Shown here: positions 32,021 through 41,030 of the stretch, in pieces
Numbering within the stretch: the stretch's first letter is position 1
Layout: each line of letters starts with the position of its first letter
Source of the DNA: a virus
Reading direction: 5' to 3' (one strand)
Virus record (IMG/VR): IMGVR_UViG_3300020613_000010
Length of the DNA stretch: 45,650 nucleotides
Notes under the pieces: model-generated
Databases searched by the model: none
Told to the model about the DNA's origin: nothing
The model's input: the letters and a program-made list of their open reading frames with translations, nothing else
Position numbers and translations under genes: made by a program

Positions 32021-32536
32021 ATGGGTAAGAACACCCCTAAGGATTTTGACGTGGACGCGTGGCTGGATGGCCTGTCGCGTCCTCAGCGTTCGGTGCGCGT
32101 GTATCAGCGCGGCGACATTATGGCGCAGCTGGACGACCTGGCCGCGCAGATCGAGAACGCGGACTCGGTTGATGACGGCGAGCGTGGCCTGGTTGATGCG
32201 TCGCCGGCGTCGCTGCGTGCCCAGTATGCGCAGCTGGCCGAGGAGATGAAGGCGGCGTCGCTGCTGGTGACGGTGCAGGGCCATGACCGGGATGAGAAGG
32301 TGGCGGCGCTGAAGGGTGCGGAGGACGCTTCCCCGGTGGAGGTGGCCCGCACCCTGATCTTTGATGCGCTGGTGTCCCCGAAGATGAACCGTGAGCAGTT
32401 CGACCGGTTCATGTCGGGTATCGGGCCGGCGCAGCAGGATCGTGTGGCTGAGGCTTACACGCGGGCGTGTGGTGAGGTGCCGGAGCCGAGCGCAGATTTT
32501 TTGCCGCAGCTTTCCACGCCGGACGGGGAAGGCTGA
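32021..32536 (+). CDS. Tail assembly chaperone (G-like)
   Basis: RBS AAAGGAGAA. Located between the major tail and tape measure genes. Confidence 0.85.
   Translation: MGKNTPKDFDVDAWLDGLSRPQRSVRVYQRGDIMAQLDDLAAQIENADSVDDGERGLVDASPASLRAQYAQLAEEMKAASLLVTVQGHDRDEKVAALKGAEDASPVEVARTLIFDALVSPKMNREQFDRFMSGIGPAQQDRVAEAYTRACGEVPEPSADFLPQLSTPDGEG
32497..32503 (+). promoter_or_regulatory. -1 programmed frameshift slippery heptamer U_UUU_UUG
   Basis: gaT TTT TTG in the zero frame of the G gene. The -1 frame is open from here to 32913. Confidence 0.75.
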
Positions 32537-32913
32537 CGCTTTCCGCGTTGCGGGCGTGTGAGAAGTGGTCCCGTCCCCCGTCCGCGCTGTTGGGTGGCAC
32601 GGAGTGGGGTGAGCGGGACCATCTGCTGATTCTCGCCTATCAGAGGTACTTGGACACGACATGCAGCGAGTGCGGCGGGTACGTGCTGGAGTGCCGCAAC
32701 CCGGACAACAACGGCGTGTACACGGTTGTGGACGACACGTACTGCTACCGGGCTGCTGAGTTGCACAGTGTGACGCGGGCGGACGGTTTCAAGCCGGACG
32801 ACGGCCAGCTGTTGTACGTGGAGGAGATCGATGCGGATGTGGTGACGCGCCCGCCGCTCTCACTTTTCGAGGGCGGCGAGGATCTGCTGTCCGAAGCCGA
32901 TGCCGGCGAGTAG
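32503..32913 (+). CDS. Tail assembly chaperone frameshift extension (GT product: join 32021..32503, 32503..32913)
   Basis: -1 frame ORF with no plausible independent RBS or start. This is the canonical G/GT arrangement. Confidence 0.75.
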   Translation, partial: AAAFHAGRGRLTLSALRACEKWSRPPSALLGGTEWGERDHLLILAYQRYLDTTCSECGGYVLECRNPDNNGVYTVVDDTYCYRAAELHSVTRADGFKPDDGQLLYVEEIDADVVTRPPLSLFEGGEDLLSEADAGE

Positions 32914-33060
32914 CAGGCCGAGGACGGCGATCCATCCGAGGACGGCGTTTCCGCCTGCCGCGATGGTGACTACGGCGAGTAGGACGCCGATGCCGATGAG
33001 GAGAAGTCCGAAGCGGGTCAGGGTGGAGCCGGGGCGCTGTGCGTTCGTGTTTGCGTTCAT
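32860..33060 (-). CDS. Small membrane protein (66 aa, two TM) on the reverse strand inside the tail operon
   Basis: MNANTNAQRPGSTLTRFGLLLIGIGVLLAVVTIAAGGNAVLGWIAVLGLLLAGIGFGQQILAALEK. The third codon position is GC-rich, as in the real genes here. A TATACT hexamer lies 6 nt upstream of the ATG. Confidence 0.6.
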   Translation of the reverse strand: MNANTNAQRPGSTLTRFGLLLIGIGVLLAVVTIAAGGNAVLGWIAVLGLLLAGIGFGQQILAALEK

Positions 33061-33066
33061 GGGAAC

Positions 33067-33072
33067 AGTATA
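33067..33072 (-). promoter_or_regulatory. -10-like TATACT for the reverse membrane gene (leaderless configuration)
   Basis: Read on the minus strand, 6 nt upstream of the ATG at 33060. There is no SD. Confidence 0.35.
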
Positions 33073-33082
33073 GGGGTGTGCG

Positions 33083-36000
33083 GTGGCTGATCGTCGCGTA
33101 AAGGTCGGGCTTGAGCTTGAGGCGTCCGGGTTTGAGGCTGGGGCGAAGCGTGCTCAGCGGGCGGCTGAGGGCCTGGGGTCTGCCACCGAAAAGGTGGGTG
33201 AGGACGCTAAGAAGGCTGCTGCCGCGTCTGAGCGGGCGTCGCAGCAGATGGCCGCAGCCCAGGAGAAGGCCCGGATTGCGCAGGACAAGGCCGCTGATGC
33301 TGTGGGCCGTCTTAGGGTGGCTCAGGAGCGCCTGGAGGCGGCGCGCGGGTCTGGTAATGCCGCGAGGATTGCTGCGGCCGAGGAGGCTGTGGCTAAGGCC
33401 CAGCGTGACGTGGAGTCTACGGCACGGCGGGCTGCGGACGCTCACGCCGCTTATGAGGATGCGGCGGGCCGGGCTGAGGTTGCGGCGCGTGAGCTTGGCG
33501 ACGAGATGGATAAGGCGTCCTCGAAGAGTGGTCGCTTTGCTGAGGGCATCCGCTCGAATAGCGCGGACCTTCAGACGGCTGGCACTGCCCTGGCGGCTGT
33601 TGGGGCGGGCCTGACTGCTGCTTCTGTGGGCATGGGCAAGGCGGCGATGGACTGGGAGTCCGCGTTCGCCGGCGTGAAGAAGACTGTTGACGACTCCGCT
33701 GAGGGGTACGCGCAGCTCGAAGGGGAACTCCGTAACCTGGCGACGACGCTGCCGGCCTCTCATCAGGAGATCGCCGCCGTCGCTGAGGCTGCCGGCCAGT
33801 TGGGTGTGAAGCGCGACGACATTGTCGGGTTCACGTCCACAATGGTCGATCTGGGTGAGACCACGAACCTGACCGCTGATGAGGCCGCGACGGCTATCGC
33901 GCAGATCTCGAACGTCATGGGCACCATGGACCGTGAAGGGGCTGAAGGGGTCGAGCGGTTCGGTGCCACCCTGGTGGAGCTGGGCAACAACGGCGCGTCC
34001 ACGGAGTCTGAGATCCTGGAGATGGCGCAGCGTATTGCTGGTGCCGCGAAGACTGTGGGCGCGTCTGAGTCGGATGTGTTGGCCCTGTCGAACACTCTTG
34101 CCTCGATGGGTGTCCGGGCTGAGCAGGGCGGCGGTGTTGCTACCCGTGTGATCTTGAAGATGAGTGCTGCCGTGGACGAGGGCGGCGAGTCCCTGGAGTC
34201 GTTCGCGCAGGTCGCGGGAACGTCGGCGGAGGAGTTCGCGGCGAAGTTCCGGTCGTCCCCCATGGAGGCGCTGGACCTCGTCGCACAGGGCATTGGCCGG
34301 GTGAACGCTGAGGGCGGCAACGTCACCGCCACGCTCCAGGAAATGGGCATCAAGGGCACCGAGGAGACTCAGGTCATGCTCGCCCTGGCCTCCGCTGGCG
34401 ACCTGTTGTCCGAGTCTCTGAGGATGGGCGAAGAGGCGTGGGCGTCCAACTCGGCACTGGCGGAGGAAGCCCAGAAGCGGTATGAGACCGCCGAGGCTCG
34501 TATCCGGATGGCTTGGAACGGCATTATGGATGCGGCCATCGACGCGGGCGGGGCAATCCTGCCAGTTGTGGCGAACATCGCTGAGGGTGTTGCCGGTGCT
34601 GCCGACACTTTCACGTCCCTGCCTGGCGCTGTGAAGGGCGGCGCGGGCGCGCTCACTGGACTCGCCGGGGTTGCTGCTACGGCTGGCGGTGCTCTACTTC
34701 TGCTGGCCCCCCGCGCCATGGACACCTACGACGCTTTCCGCCGCCTGGCCCCGGAGGGGTCCAAGGCCGCTGGGGCGATCGGCAAGGTCGGCAAGGCCGC
34801 TGGCATCGCCTCAGCCGCGCTCGTCGGCTTTTCGGTGCTGAAGGGGTGGGCGAACGATGCCGCCCCTGCGACGAAGGGCCTTGAAGAGACCGCGAACGCG
34901 ATGCTCCGCCTCAAGGACGCCGCAGAAGGTGACTTCACCGCCCTGGACGACCTGTTCTCCTCGGGTGAGTCCATCCGGGATCTCGGGGACGCGATCCGGT
35001 ACGCGGACCCGTCCGACATGGACGCGCACATGGAGTCGTTCGGTTCCACTGTGCTCGGCCTGGAGACGCCAGCAGCCCGGGCGCGGGAGCAGTTCGACAC
35101 GCTCGGCAAGACGCTTGCCACCATGGACGCCGAGTCTGCGGCTGAGCAGTTCCGCAAGCTGCGGGACGCGGCCGAGGCCGAGGGGTCCACCATGCTCTCC
35201 ACTTGGGAGGGTGTGAAGGAGTACATGCCCGCGTATGCGGAGTCTGTGGAGGCGGCGTCGAATGCGACGGGCAAGGCTGCTGATGAGGCGACCTTGTACG
35301 GGATCGCCATGGGGCACCTGCCCGACTACATGCAGCCGGCGCAGGACGCCACTGAGGGTGTTGCTACGGCGGCTGAGGACGCGACCGAGTCCCTGGGCGC
35401 ACTGGGGCAGGTGGACGCGGGCTCGAACGTGGGTGGCATCGCTGAGGCGATGGGCGTGCTCACGGATGAGGCCACAGAACTGGACGACAAGCTTGACGGT
35501 GTGCTTGACGCTCTTACCCGTATGGGCGTGCTGGAGTCCAACGCGATTTCCGCCACGATGGGCTACCAGGAGGCGCTGGAGAATCTGGCGACTACGGCGG
35601 CAGAGAACGCCGCCACGCTGGATCTGACCACGGAGGCGGGCCGCAACAACATGTCGGCGCTCCAGGGCCTCGCAGATGCTGGCCGGGAGCTGCTGGACGC
35701 GAACGTGCGTGCTGGCGAGTCTCAGGGCACTCTCCGTGACGGGCTGATCGACACGTACAGCACTCTGGTGGAGAACGCTCAGGCGATGGGCCAGTCTGCC
35801 ACGGAGGCGGACGCGCTGGCCCGGAAACTCATGGGCATCCCGGCCAACGTGGACGTGGAGACGTACCTGTCTGACGCGGCCCTGGTCGCCGCTGAGGCGA
35901 CGGGTAATGCGATTGAGGCGATCCCGGGCTACCGGGGTGTCACGGTCGCAGTCACCGAGGACGGGACTGTGGGCGAGGTCCAAGCGTCGATTGATCAGGT

Positions 36001-36745
36001 GGACGGCAAGACCGTCTACATGTACGTCACGACGGATGGCACCAAGGAGCGGGTGCAGCAGGAGATCCGTGAGATCAACGGCAAGCAGGTGCCGGTGTGG
36101 GTGACCGACAACGGCACTGTTGTTGGTACGCAGGAAGACATTTTCGCCATCACCGGCAAGAACGTTGACGTTACCGCTATCCCCCATACGAGCGCGGCCG
36201 AGAACGCACTGAACTACGCGGCCCGTACCCGGTACGCCGAGGTGGTCCTGACCGCCCGGTACGGGGACAGCACGCAGAAGGCGGCGCCGGGCTACAGTCA
36301 GGCGTTCGCCTCCGGTGGTGTGGCGCGGCTGCCTGGCTACTCGTCGGGCGGTCGTCTGCCGTATACGGGTCTGGGCACGGATATGATCCTGGGTGTGACC
36401 GGGGCTGGGATGCCGATTGCCCGGGTGGATGACGGCGAGTGGATCATCAATCAGAAGGCGTCGAAGCGGTTCCACGGCGTGTTGTCCGCGATCAACCGTG
36501 GCGACCCCAGTGTCCGGCATCTTGCCGGGTATGCGGGGGGTGGCAGGCCGGGCCGTGAATGGTCCGCTACCAGCATCAACCCGGTCGTGAACGTGAACAC
36601 GCCCGCCGGGCAGGGTATCAACCCGGGCGAGCTGGAAGCAGCTGTCGCAGCAGGCATGGCCCGATACCGGCCCGTCTTCAAGATCGGCAGCTACGAGGTG
36701 GCCGGCGTCATGCGTGAGGCACAGGACTACATGGGCGGATGGTGA
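33083..36745 (+). CDS. Tape measure protein
   Basis: 1220 aa, Ala/Gly/Glu-rich, with a conserved TMP core (AFAGVKKTVD..IAAVAEAAGQLGV..), downstream of the G/GT pair. Confidence 0.95.
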   Translation: MADRRVKVGLELEASGFEAGAKRAQRAAEGLGSATEKVGEDAKKAAAASERASQQMAAAQEKARIAQDKAADAVGRLRVAQERLEAARGSGNAARIAAAEEAVAKAQRDVESTARRAADAHAAYEDAAGRAEVAARELGDEMDKASSKSGRFAEGIRSNSADLQTAGTALAAVGAGLTAASVGMGKAAMDWESAFAGVKKTVDDSAEGYAQLEGELRNLATTLPASHQEIAAVAEAAGQLGVKRDDIVGFTSTMVDLGETTNLTADEAATAIAQISNVMGTMDREGAEGVERFGATLVELGNNGASTESEILEMAQRIAGAAKTVGASESDVLALSNTLASMGVRAEQGGGVATRVILKMSAAVDEGGESLESFAQVAGTSAEEFAAKFRSSPMEALDLVAQGIGRVNAEGGNVTATLQEMGIKGTEETQVMLALASAGDLLSESLRMGEEAWASNSALAEEAQKRYETAEARIRMAWNGIMDAAIDAGGAILPVVANIAEGVAGAADTFTSLPGAVKGGAGALTGLAGVAATAGGALLLLAPRAMDTYDAFRRLAPEGSKAAGAIGKVGKAAGIASAALVGFSVLKGWANDAAPATKGLEETANAMLRLKDAAEGDFTALDDLFSSGESIRDLGDAIRYADPSDMDAHMESFGSTVLGLETPAARAREQFDTLGKTLATMDAESAAEQFRKLRDAAEAEGSTMLSTWEGVKEYMPAYAESVEAASNATGKAADEATLYGIAMGHLPDYMQPAQDATEGVATAAEDATESLGALGQVDAGSNVGGIAEAMGVLTDEATELDDKLDGVLDALTRMGVLESNAISATMGYQEALENLATTAAENAATLDLTTEAGRNNMSALQGLADAGRELLDANVRAGESQGTLRDGLIDTYSTLVENAQAMGQSATEADALARKLMGIPANVDVETYLSDAALVAAEATGNAIEAIPGYRGVTVAVTEDGTVGEVQASIDQVDGKTVYMYVTTDGTKERVQQEIREINGKQVPVWVTDNGTVVGTQEDIFAITGKNVDVTAIPHTSAAENALNYAARTRYAEVVLTARYGDSTQKAAPGYSQAFASGGVARLPGYSSGGRLPYTGLGTDMILGVTGAGMPIARVDDGEWIINQKASKRFHGVLSAINRGDPSVRHLAGYAGGGRPGREWSATSINPVVNVNTPAGQGINPGELEAAVAAGMARYRPVFKIGSYEVAGVMREAQDYMGGW

Positions 36746-36749
36746 TCGT

Positions 36750-37583
36750 ATGGGTGGCCTTCTCGGGCCGGCCGGTGGGCTGAAGGAAATCAAGTGCGCT
36801 TCACGGCTGGACGCTAGCCCAGTTGCGGACACGGTCCTCCAGGTCGCCTCCGGTCTCGACTACGAAACCGAGTGGGTGCAGCTCAGGGCCGGGCGACCAG
36901 CCCGCACCTGGACCGTGGACGTGGTCTCGGCTGAGCCTGCGGACATGGACGTGCTGGCCGAGTTGGAGGAGTGGCAGCGACTCGACCGCACGCTGTTCGT
37001 CTACTACTCGGAGGCCGCGCAGCTCGACAACCTGCTGGACCCGGAGGCGTCGATGATGCGTCCGGGCCGGTGGGTGGGTGTGCAACGCGGCGGTTCGTCC
37101 ATTGAGCCGGACGCGACGGGGCCGGTGTTCATGCACTCGGCGTCCGGTCCGCCGGATGGCGGGTGGGTGCATCTCGCGGGTGTGCCGGTGCCTCACTGGC
37201 GGACGGTCACCGTGTCAATGCTGCTGAGCGCCTACGAGGGGCAGACGGCCCGGCTTGTGGTGACCGAGGTGGGCATCGACGGGACGGACGGTCCTTCCCG
37301 TGAGGTGTCCACCTCAGGCGTCCGTGAGCGTGTGACTACCACATTCCGCACTTCGGGTGAGACCGTGTCCCTGCGGTTCGCGGTCCAGGGTGCGGTGACG
37401 ATTGCCCGCCCGCAGGTGACGCTCACCGATGGGCCCCGCGATTGGGTGCCCGGCCAAGGGTGCCGGCACGCGGTGCTTGTTGGCCCGGCGGGTGAGGCCG
37501 TTCAACTCGCCATCCCAGAGAGGTCGTGGGGGCGGCGGTCTTCTTATGGGTGGTCGATCCGTGAGGTGCGCCGCCCCGACTAG
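36750..37583 (+). CDS. Minor tail protein (distal tail protein position)
   Basis: First gene after the tape measure. The start is the internal ATG at 36750, after the TMP stop. Confidence 0.7.
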   Translation: MGGLLGPAGGLKEIKCASRLDASPVADTVLQVASGLDYETEWVQLRAGRPARTWTVDVVSAEPADMDVLAELEEWQRLDRTLFVYYSEAAQLDNLLDPEASMMRPGRWVGVQRGGSSIEPDATGPVFMHSASGPPDGGWVHLAGVPVPHWRTVTVSMLLSAYEGQTARLVVTEVGIDGTDGPSREVSTSGVRERVTTTFRTSGETVSLRFAVQGAVTIARPQVTLTDGPRDWVPGQGCRHAVLVGPAGEAVQLAIPERSWGRRSSYGWSIREVRRPD

Positions 37584-37608
37584 TCAACCGTGAAGAGGAG
37601 GCCCCATC

Positions 37609-40600
37609 GTGCCGATGCTGTTGTCTGAGGTTCAGGCGGAGGTCCAGTCGTGGGCGAACTCTGTCAACGGAAAGTACATCGATTTCGATGGTGCCTACGG
37701 GGCGCAGTGCGTGGACCCGATTTTGCATTACGGTGCGACCGTCCACGGATATCCGCGCATCCTGGGGCATGGCGCGTTCCTGGCCGGAAACTACATTTCC
37801 AAGTACAACTGGGGTGACATCTCCGCCAAGCGGATGCAGCCCGGCGACGTGGTTTCCCTGAACTGGGGCGGGTACTACGGGCACGTCCTGGTCCTCCTGG
37901 CGAAGCTCTCGGATGGCCGTTGGCGGATTCTGGACCAGAACTCCAGGGGCACGGGGGACAATCCGTCCGGGCCGTGCGAGATCCGCACCGTGTCCCTGTC
38001 CTCGGGGGTGCTGCGTGTGGCCCGTCCGCCCCGGTATATGGGGGCCACGTCGTCTGCGCCCAGCCCCTCCCCGACCCCTACGCCCGAGCCTGAGCCGAAG
38101 CCGGTTCTGACTTCCGCGCAGATCCTCTCGGGCAAGGGCGACCTAGATTCTGACCTGATCCTGTTCAACGCGGACGCACTGGTGCGGGCCGCTAAGCGGG
38201 CCGGGGTGCCGCTGCATTTGGCGGCGGCGCTGATCCGTCAGGAGTCGTCCGGCCGGAACGTTTACGGCAACGACTGGGGCGGCATTTACGGGACGGACGA
38301 GAATACCCCGGCGTCCTACAACAAGACGGTCACGGACGCGAACTACCAGACGTTCCTGTCCCTGTTGCTGCGCGAGGACGGCACCTGGACGGGCCGCACC
38401 TCCAACGGTGTGGGCCCCGCTCAGATCACCTACTGGGCCTTCCACCGGGATGCTCGCGGCGAGGGCCTGAACCTCGCCAACCCGGAGGACAACATGTTCT
38501 TCGGGTTGCGCCTGTTCGCTGAGGCGCTGGGCGGCGACTACTCGGAGACCTCCGTGAAGCGTGCCGCCACCCAGTACAACACCGGGTCTGGTGTTGGTGC
38601 GCCGAACGCTTACGGGATCAAGGTGTGGGACTGGTCTGTCCGGTACCAGGCAGCCCTCGCGGGGGCGGCGGACACGGGCGGCACCACGCCCACACCGCCG
38701 TCTGAGCCGACCATCCCGCCCCTTCCCGGCGTGGAGGTCACGGACGACCCCGGGCCGCTGCCGGACCTTCTTGCAATGGCCGACACTCCGCCCCCTCCCC
38801 TGCCCGACCCGGCCCCCGGTGCGGCGCTCGCCCGCGATACCGTTTCTGCACCGTTGGCGCGCATCCGCTTCCGTGACACCCTGTGGTCGCCCCTGCGGAT
38901 GGAACTACGGCGGGCCTTGCAGATCCCCGGCCCCGACCAGTCCCCGCTCGGTGCGCCCATCGTGGCCGCCACGGGCGAGATCGTGCTAGCCCGGCCCGTG
39001 CCGGTATCAGACCGGGGCTGGTCCATGTGGCACGACGACCCGCCCCGCGACGGTGAGCCTGTCGTGGTGGAGGTGTCCGACGACGGCGGCTGGACCTGGC
39101 GAACCAAGTTCACCGGATCAGTGCGTGGCGTGACCGGGTCCGTCTCGGAGCGCGGTATTTCCGTGGAGGTCGTGGACAAGTCCAGGAAGCTGGCTCGCCG
39201 GTTCTCCCATTTCCCGCTGAACTTCCGGATGCCGTCCCCGACCGACGGCATGCAGTACATGAGGCTCGGTCTGCACCCGGCGTTCTACGCGAACCTCGCC
39301 GCACGCCGGGCCGGTTTCTACTCGACGCCGCCGATGGTGGGCGGGACGACGATGGTGTCCGCCCCGATGGTCGGGTCCATGTGGCCTGAGCGGGGCACCA
39401 TCAACCTTTCCCGCACGCTGAACGCGAAGGGGAAAACGGAGGGTGTGCCCTCGGACTCCCCGGAGTATCGGCGCACCTGGTGGGGGTTGTCCGTCCACAA
39501 CGTGTTCGCGGTGTACCGGCCTCAGAAGGTTCAGTCGTGGGCTGGCCGGATGACGACGCCGCATGGCGTGCGCGCCCTGGTGGGGCCTGTCACGTCCACG
39601 ATCTCGGCTGTCGAGTTGTGGTGGGACCGGGTCTCGATCACCACGATGATTTCGACCGCTGGTGTGGCCGTGGAGATCCAGGCCGGCTGGAACGCGGATG
39701 GTACGCGTCGCAAGGCGTGGGAGCGCATTCGTTCACTCACGCCGGAGCAGATCGCCAACGGCTTTGAGCTGAAGGTGTGGCTGCTCCCGGACGGCGTCAT
39801 CACCATTGACGTTGGCGGGGAGAAGACCGTTCACACGGCGATCCCGGGGTGGCCGCGTGAGACCCGCGAAGAGGACATGTCCGACGTGCGTATCCTGGCC
39901 CCGGCCAAGGGTGCCCCGCTGGGCGGTGTCCAGGTCGTGGGCGACCCCACAGAGGGCTCGTTCGGGCCGTGGGAGCGGGACTTCATTCTCGACGCCGACC
40001 CGGATCACATGATCTGGGGCATGTCCGCTTTCGAGAAAAGGTCTGGGCTGGAGATTCTGTCTGAGATGGCGGAAGCTGCGTTGGACTCCACATGGGTGGA
40101 TGAGGACGGGCGGCTGTGGTATGTGTCGCGCGCCCGCATGGACGCCCGGGAGTCGGTTCGCACGCTGGGCCTCCCCGACTTGCAGACTGCCCCAGCCAAG
40201 ATGGCCCCCGACTCGGTGCACGCCGAGGTCGAAGTCACCCGCATGCAGCCTTCCCTGTTCCAGACGCGCATGAACTCGCGTGCGTGGGCGCAGGTGTGGG
40301 AAGGCCCCAGGGACACCCTGGAGCCTGGCGGCAAGTGGGAGCAGATCGTCCGCACCCCGGACAACGAGGACTGGTTCCATGTGGACGGGTCCTTCGAGGA
40401 CGTGGTCGCGTCCTCCGTGGCGAACGTCAACCGGGGCATCGGCTCGTGGGTGGGCGGGACCGTGCTCAAAGAGACGGATGACGGTGGCACCGACGAAATC
40501 CCGGCCCCGCGTTCCTGGTTCTACGGGGAAGCGGACCGGGTCACGCCCCGCTCGTACAGGGTCGCGTTCGGGTACACACCGCCCTCCGGGGCGACATCCG

Positions 40601-41016
40601 AGCTGGCCCTGTCCAACCCGGACCTGCCCGGGCTGGCAAAGCGCCGTGAAGGTAACGGGCCGATCATGCGTGCCCGTGGGCTGCAGACCTGGGAGGACAT
40701 GGACCCGGTGACCGTGAAGACGGGTGCCCGCCAGGTGGACCCGTCCACCTACACGCACGAGGGCGGGCGGTGGGTCCAGTCCACCCTGTTGGCCCGCCGT
40801 ATCGCTAACCGGCTCGCCCCCATGCTCGCGCAACCGATCCCCGCGTGGGGGCCGGTGCTCATGGGCCGTCCGGACCTCAGTCTCCGGCTGGGGGACACCA
40901 TCACTCTCGACATGTGGGGCACGAAGCGGCCTCAGCGTTTGGCCGGCGAGGTCCTGTCGTTCTCCCCGGACGACGGCCTCACACAGACGCTCACGCTCCG
41001 TCAGCTCCGCCCCTGA
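37609..41016 (+). CDS. Tail-associated lysin / minor tail protein with N-terminal CHAP and lytic transglycosylase-like domains
   Basis: RBS GAGGAGG. CHAP motifs: YGAQCVDPI and ..YYGHVLVLL. Pro/Thr linker. SLT-like motifs: AAALIRQESSGRN..NGVGPAQITYW. A long C-terminal Tal-like region follows. Confidence 0.85.
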   Translation: MPMLLSEVQAEVQSWANSVNGKYIDFDGAYGAQCVDPILHYGATVHGYPRILGHGAFLAGNYISKYNWGDISAKRMQPGDVVSLNWGGYYGHVLVLLAKLSDGRWRILDQNSRGTGDNPSGPCEIRTVSLSSGVLRVARPPRYMGATSSAPSPSPTPTPEPEPKPVLTSAQILSGKGDLDSDLILFNADALVRAAKRAGVPLHLAAALIRQESSGRNVYGNDWGGIYGTDENTPASYNKTVTDANYQTFLSLLLREDGTWTGRTSNGVGPAQITYWAFHRDARGEGLNLANPEDNMFFGLRLFAEALGGDYSETSVKRAATQYNTGSGVGAPNAYGIKVWDWSVRYQAALAGAADTGGTTPTPPSEPTIPPLPGVEVTDDPGPLPDLLAMADTPPPPLPDPAPGAALARDTVSAPLARIRFRDTLWSPLRMELRRALQIPGPDQSPLGAPIVAATGEIVLARPVPVSDRGWSMWHDDPPRDGEPVVVEVSDDGGWTWRTKFTGSVRGVTGSVSERGISVEVVDKSRKLARRFSHFPLNFRMPSPTDGMQYMRLGLHPAFYANLAARRAGFYSTPPMVGGTTMVSAPMVGSMWPERGTINLSRTLNAKGKTEGVPSDSPEYRRTWWGLSVHNVFAVYRPQKVQSWAGRMTTPHGVRALVGPVTSTISAVELWWDRVSITTMISTAGVAVEIQAGWNADGTRRKAWERIRSLTPEQIANGFELKVWLLPDGVITIDVGGEKTVHTAIPGWPRETREEDMSDVRILAPAKGAPLGGVQVVGDPTEGSFGPWERDFILDADPDHMIWGMSAFEKRSGLEILSEMAEAALDSTWVDEDGRLWYVSRARMDARESVRTLGLPDLQTAPAKMAPDSVHAEVEVTRMQPSLFQTRMNSRAWAQVWEGPRDTLEPGGKWEQIVRTPDNEDWFHVDGSFEDVVASSVANVNRGIGSWVGGTVLKETDDGGTDEIPAPRSWFYGEADRVTPRSYRVAFGYTPPSGATSELALSNPDLPGLAKRREGNGPIMRARGLQTWEDMDPVTVKTGARQVDPSTYTHEGGRWVQSTLLARRIANRLAPMLAQPIPAWGPVLMGRPDLSLRLGDTITLDMWGTKRPQRLAGEVLSFSPDDGLTQTLTLRQLRP

Positions 41017-41030
41017 CCAGGAGGTCACTT

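Noticed and set aside
34811-36832. Very long minus-strand ORFs antisense to structural genes, for example 34811-36832 (673 aa), 42869-44749 (626 aa), 27575-29251 (558 aa), 39733-41028, 14930-16231, 16179-17441 and 1091-2194.
   Set aside because: Their translations are Arg/Gly/Pro/His-rich and low-complexity, with no RBS. They lie exactly opposite genes with clear motifs. These are typical high-GC shadow ORFs where stop codons are rare.
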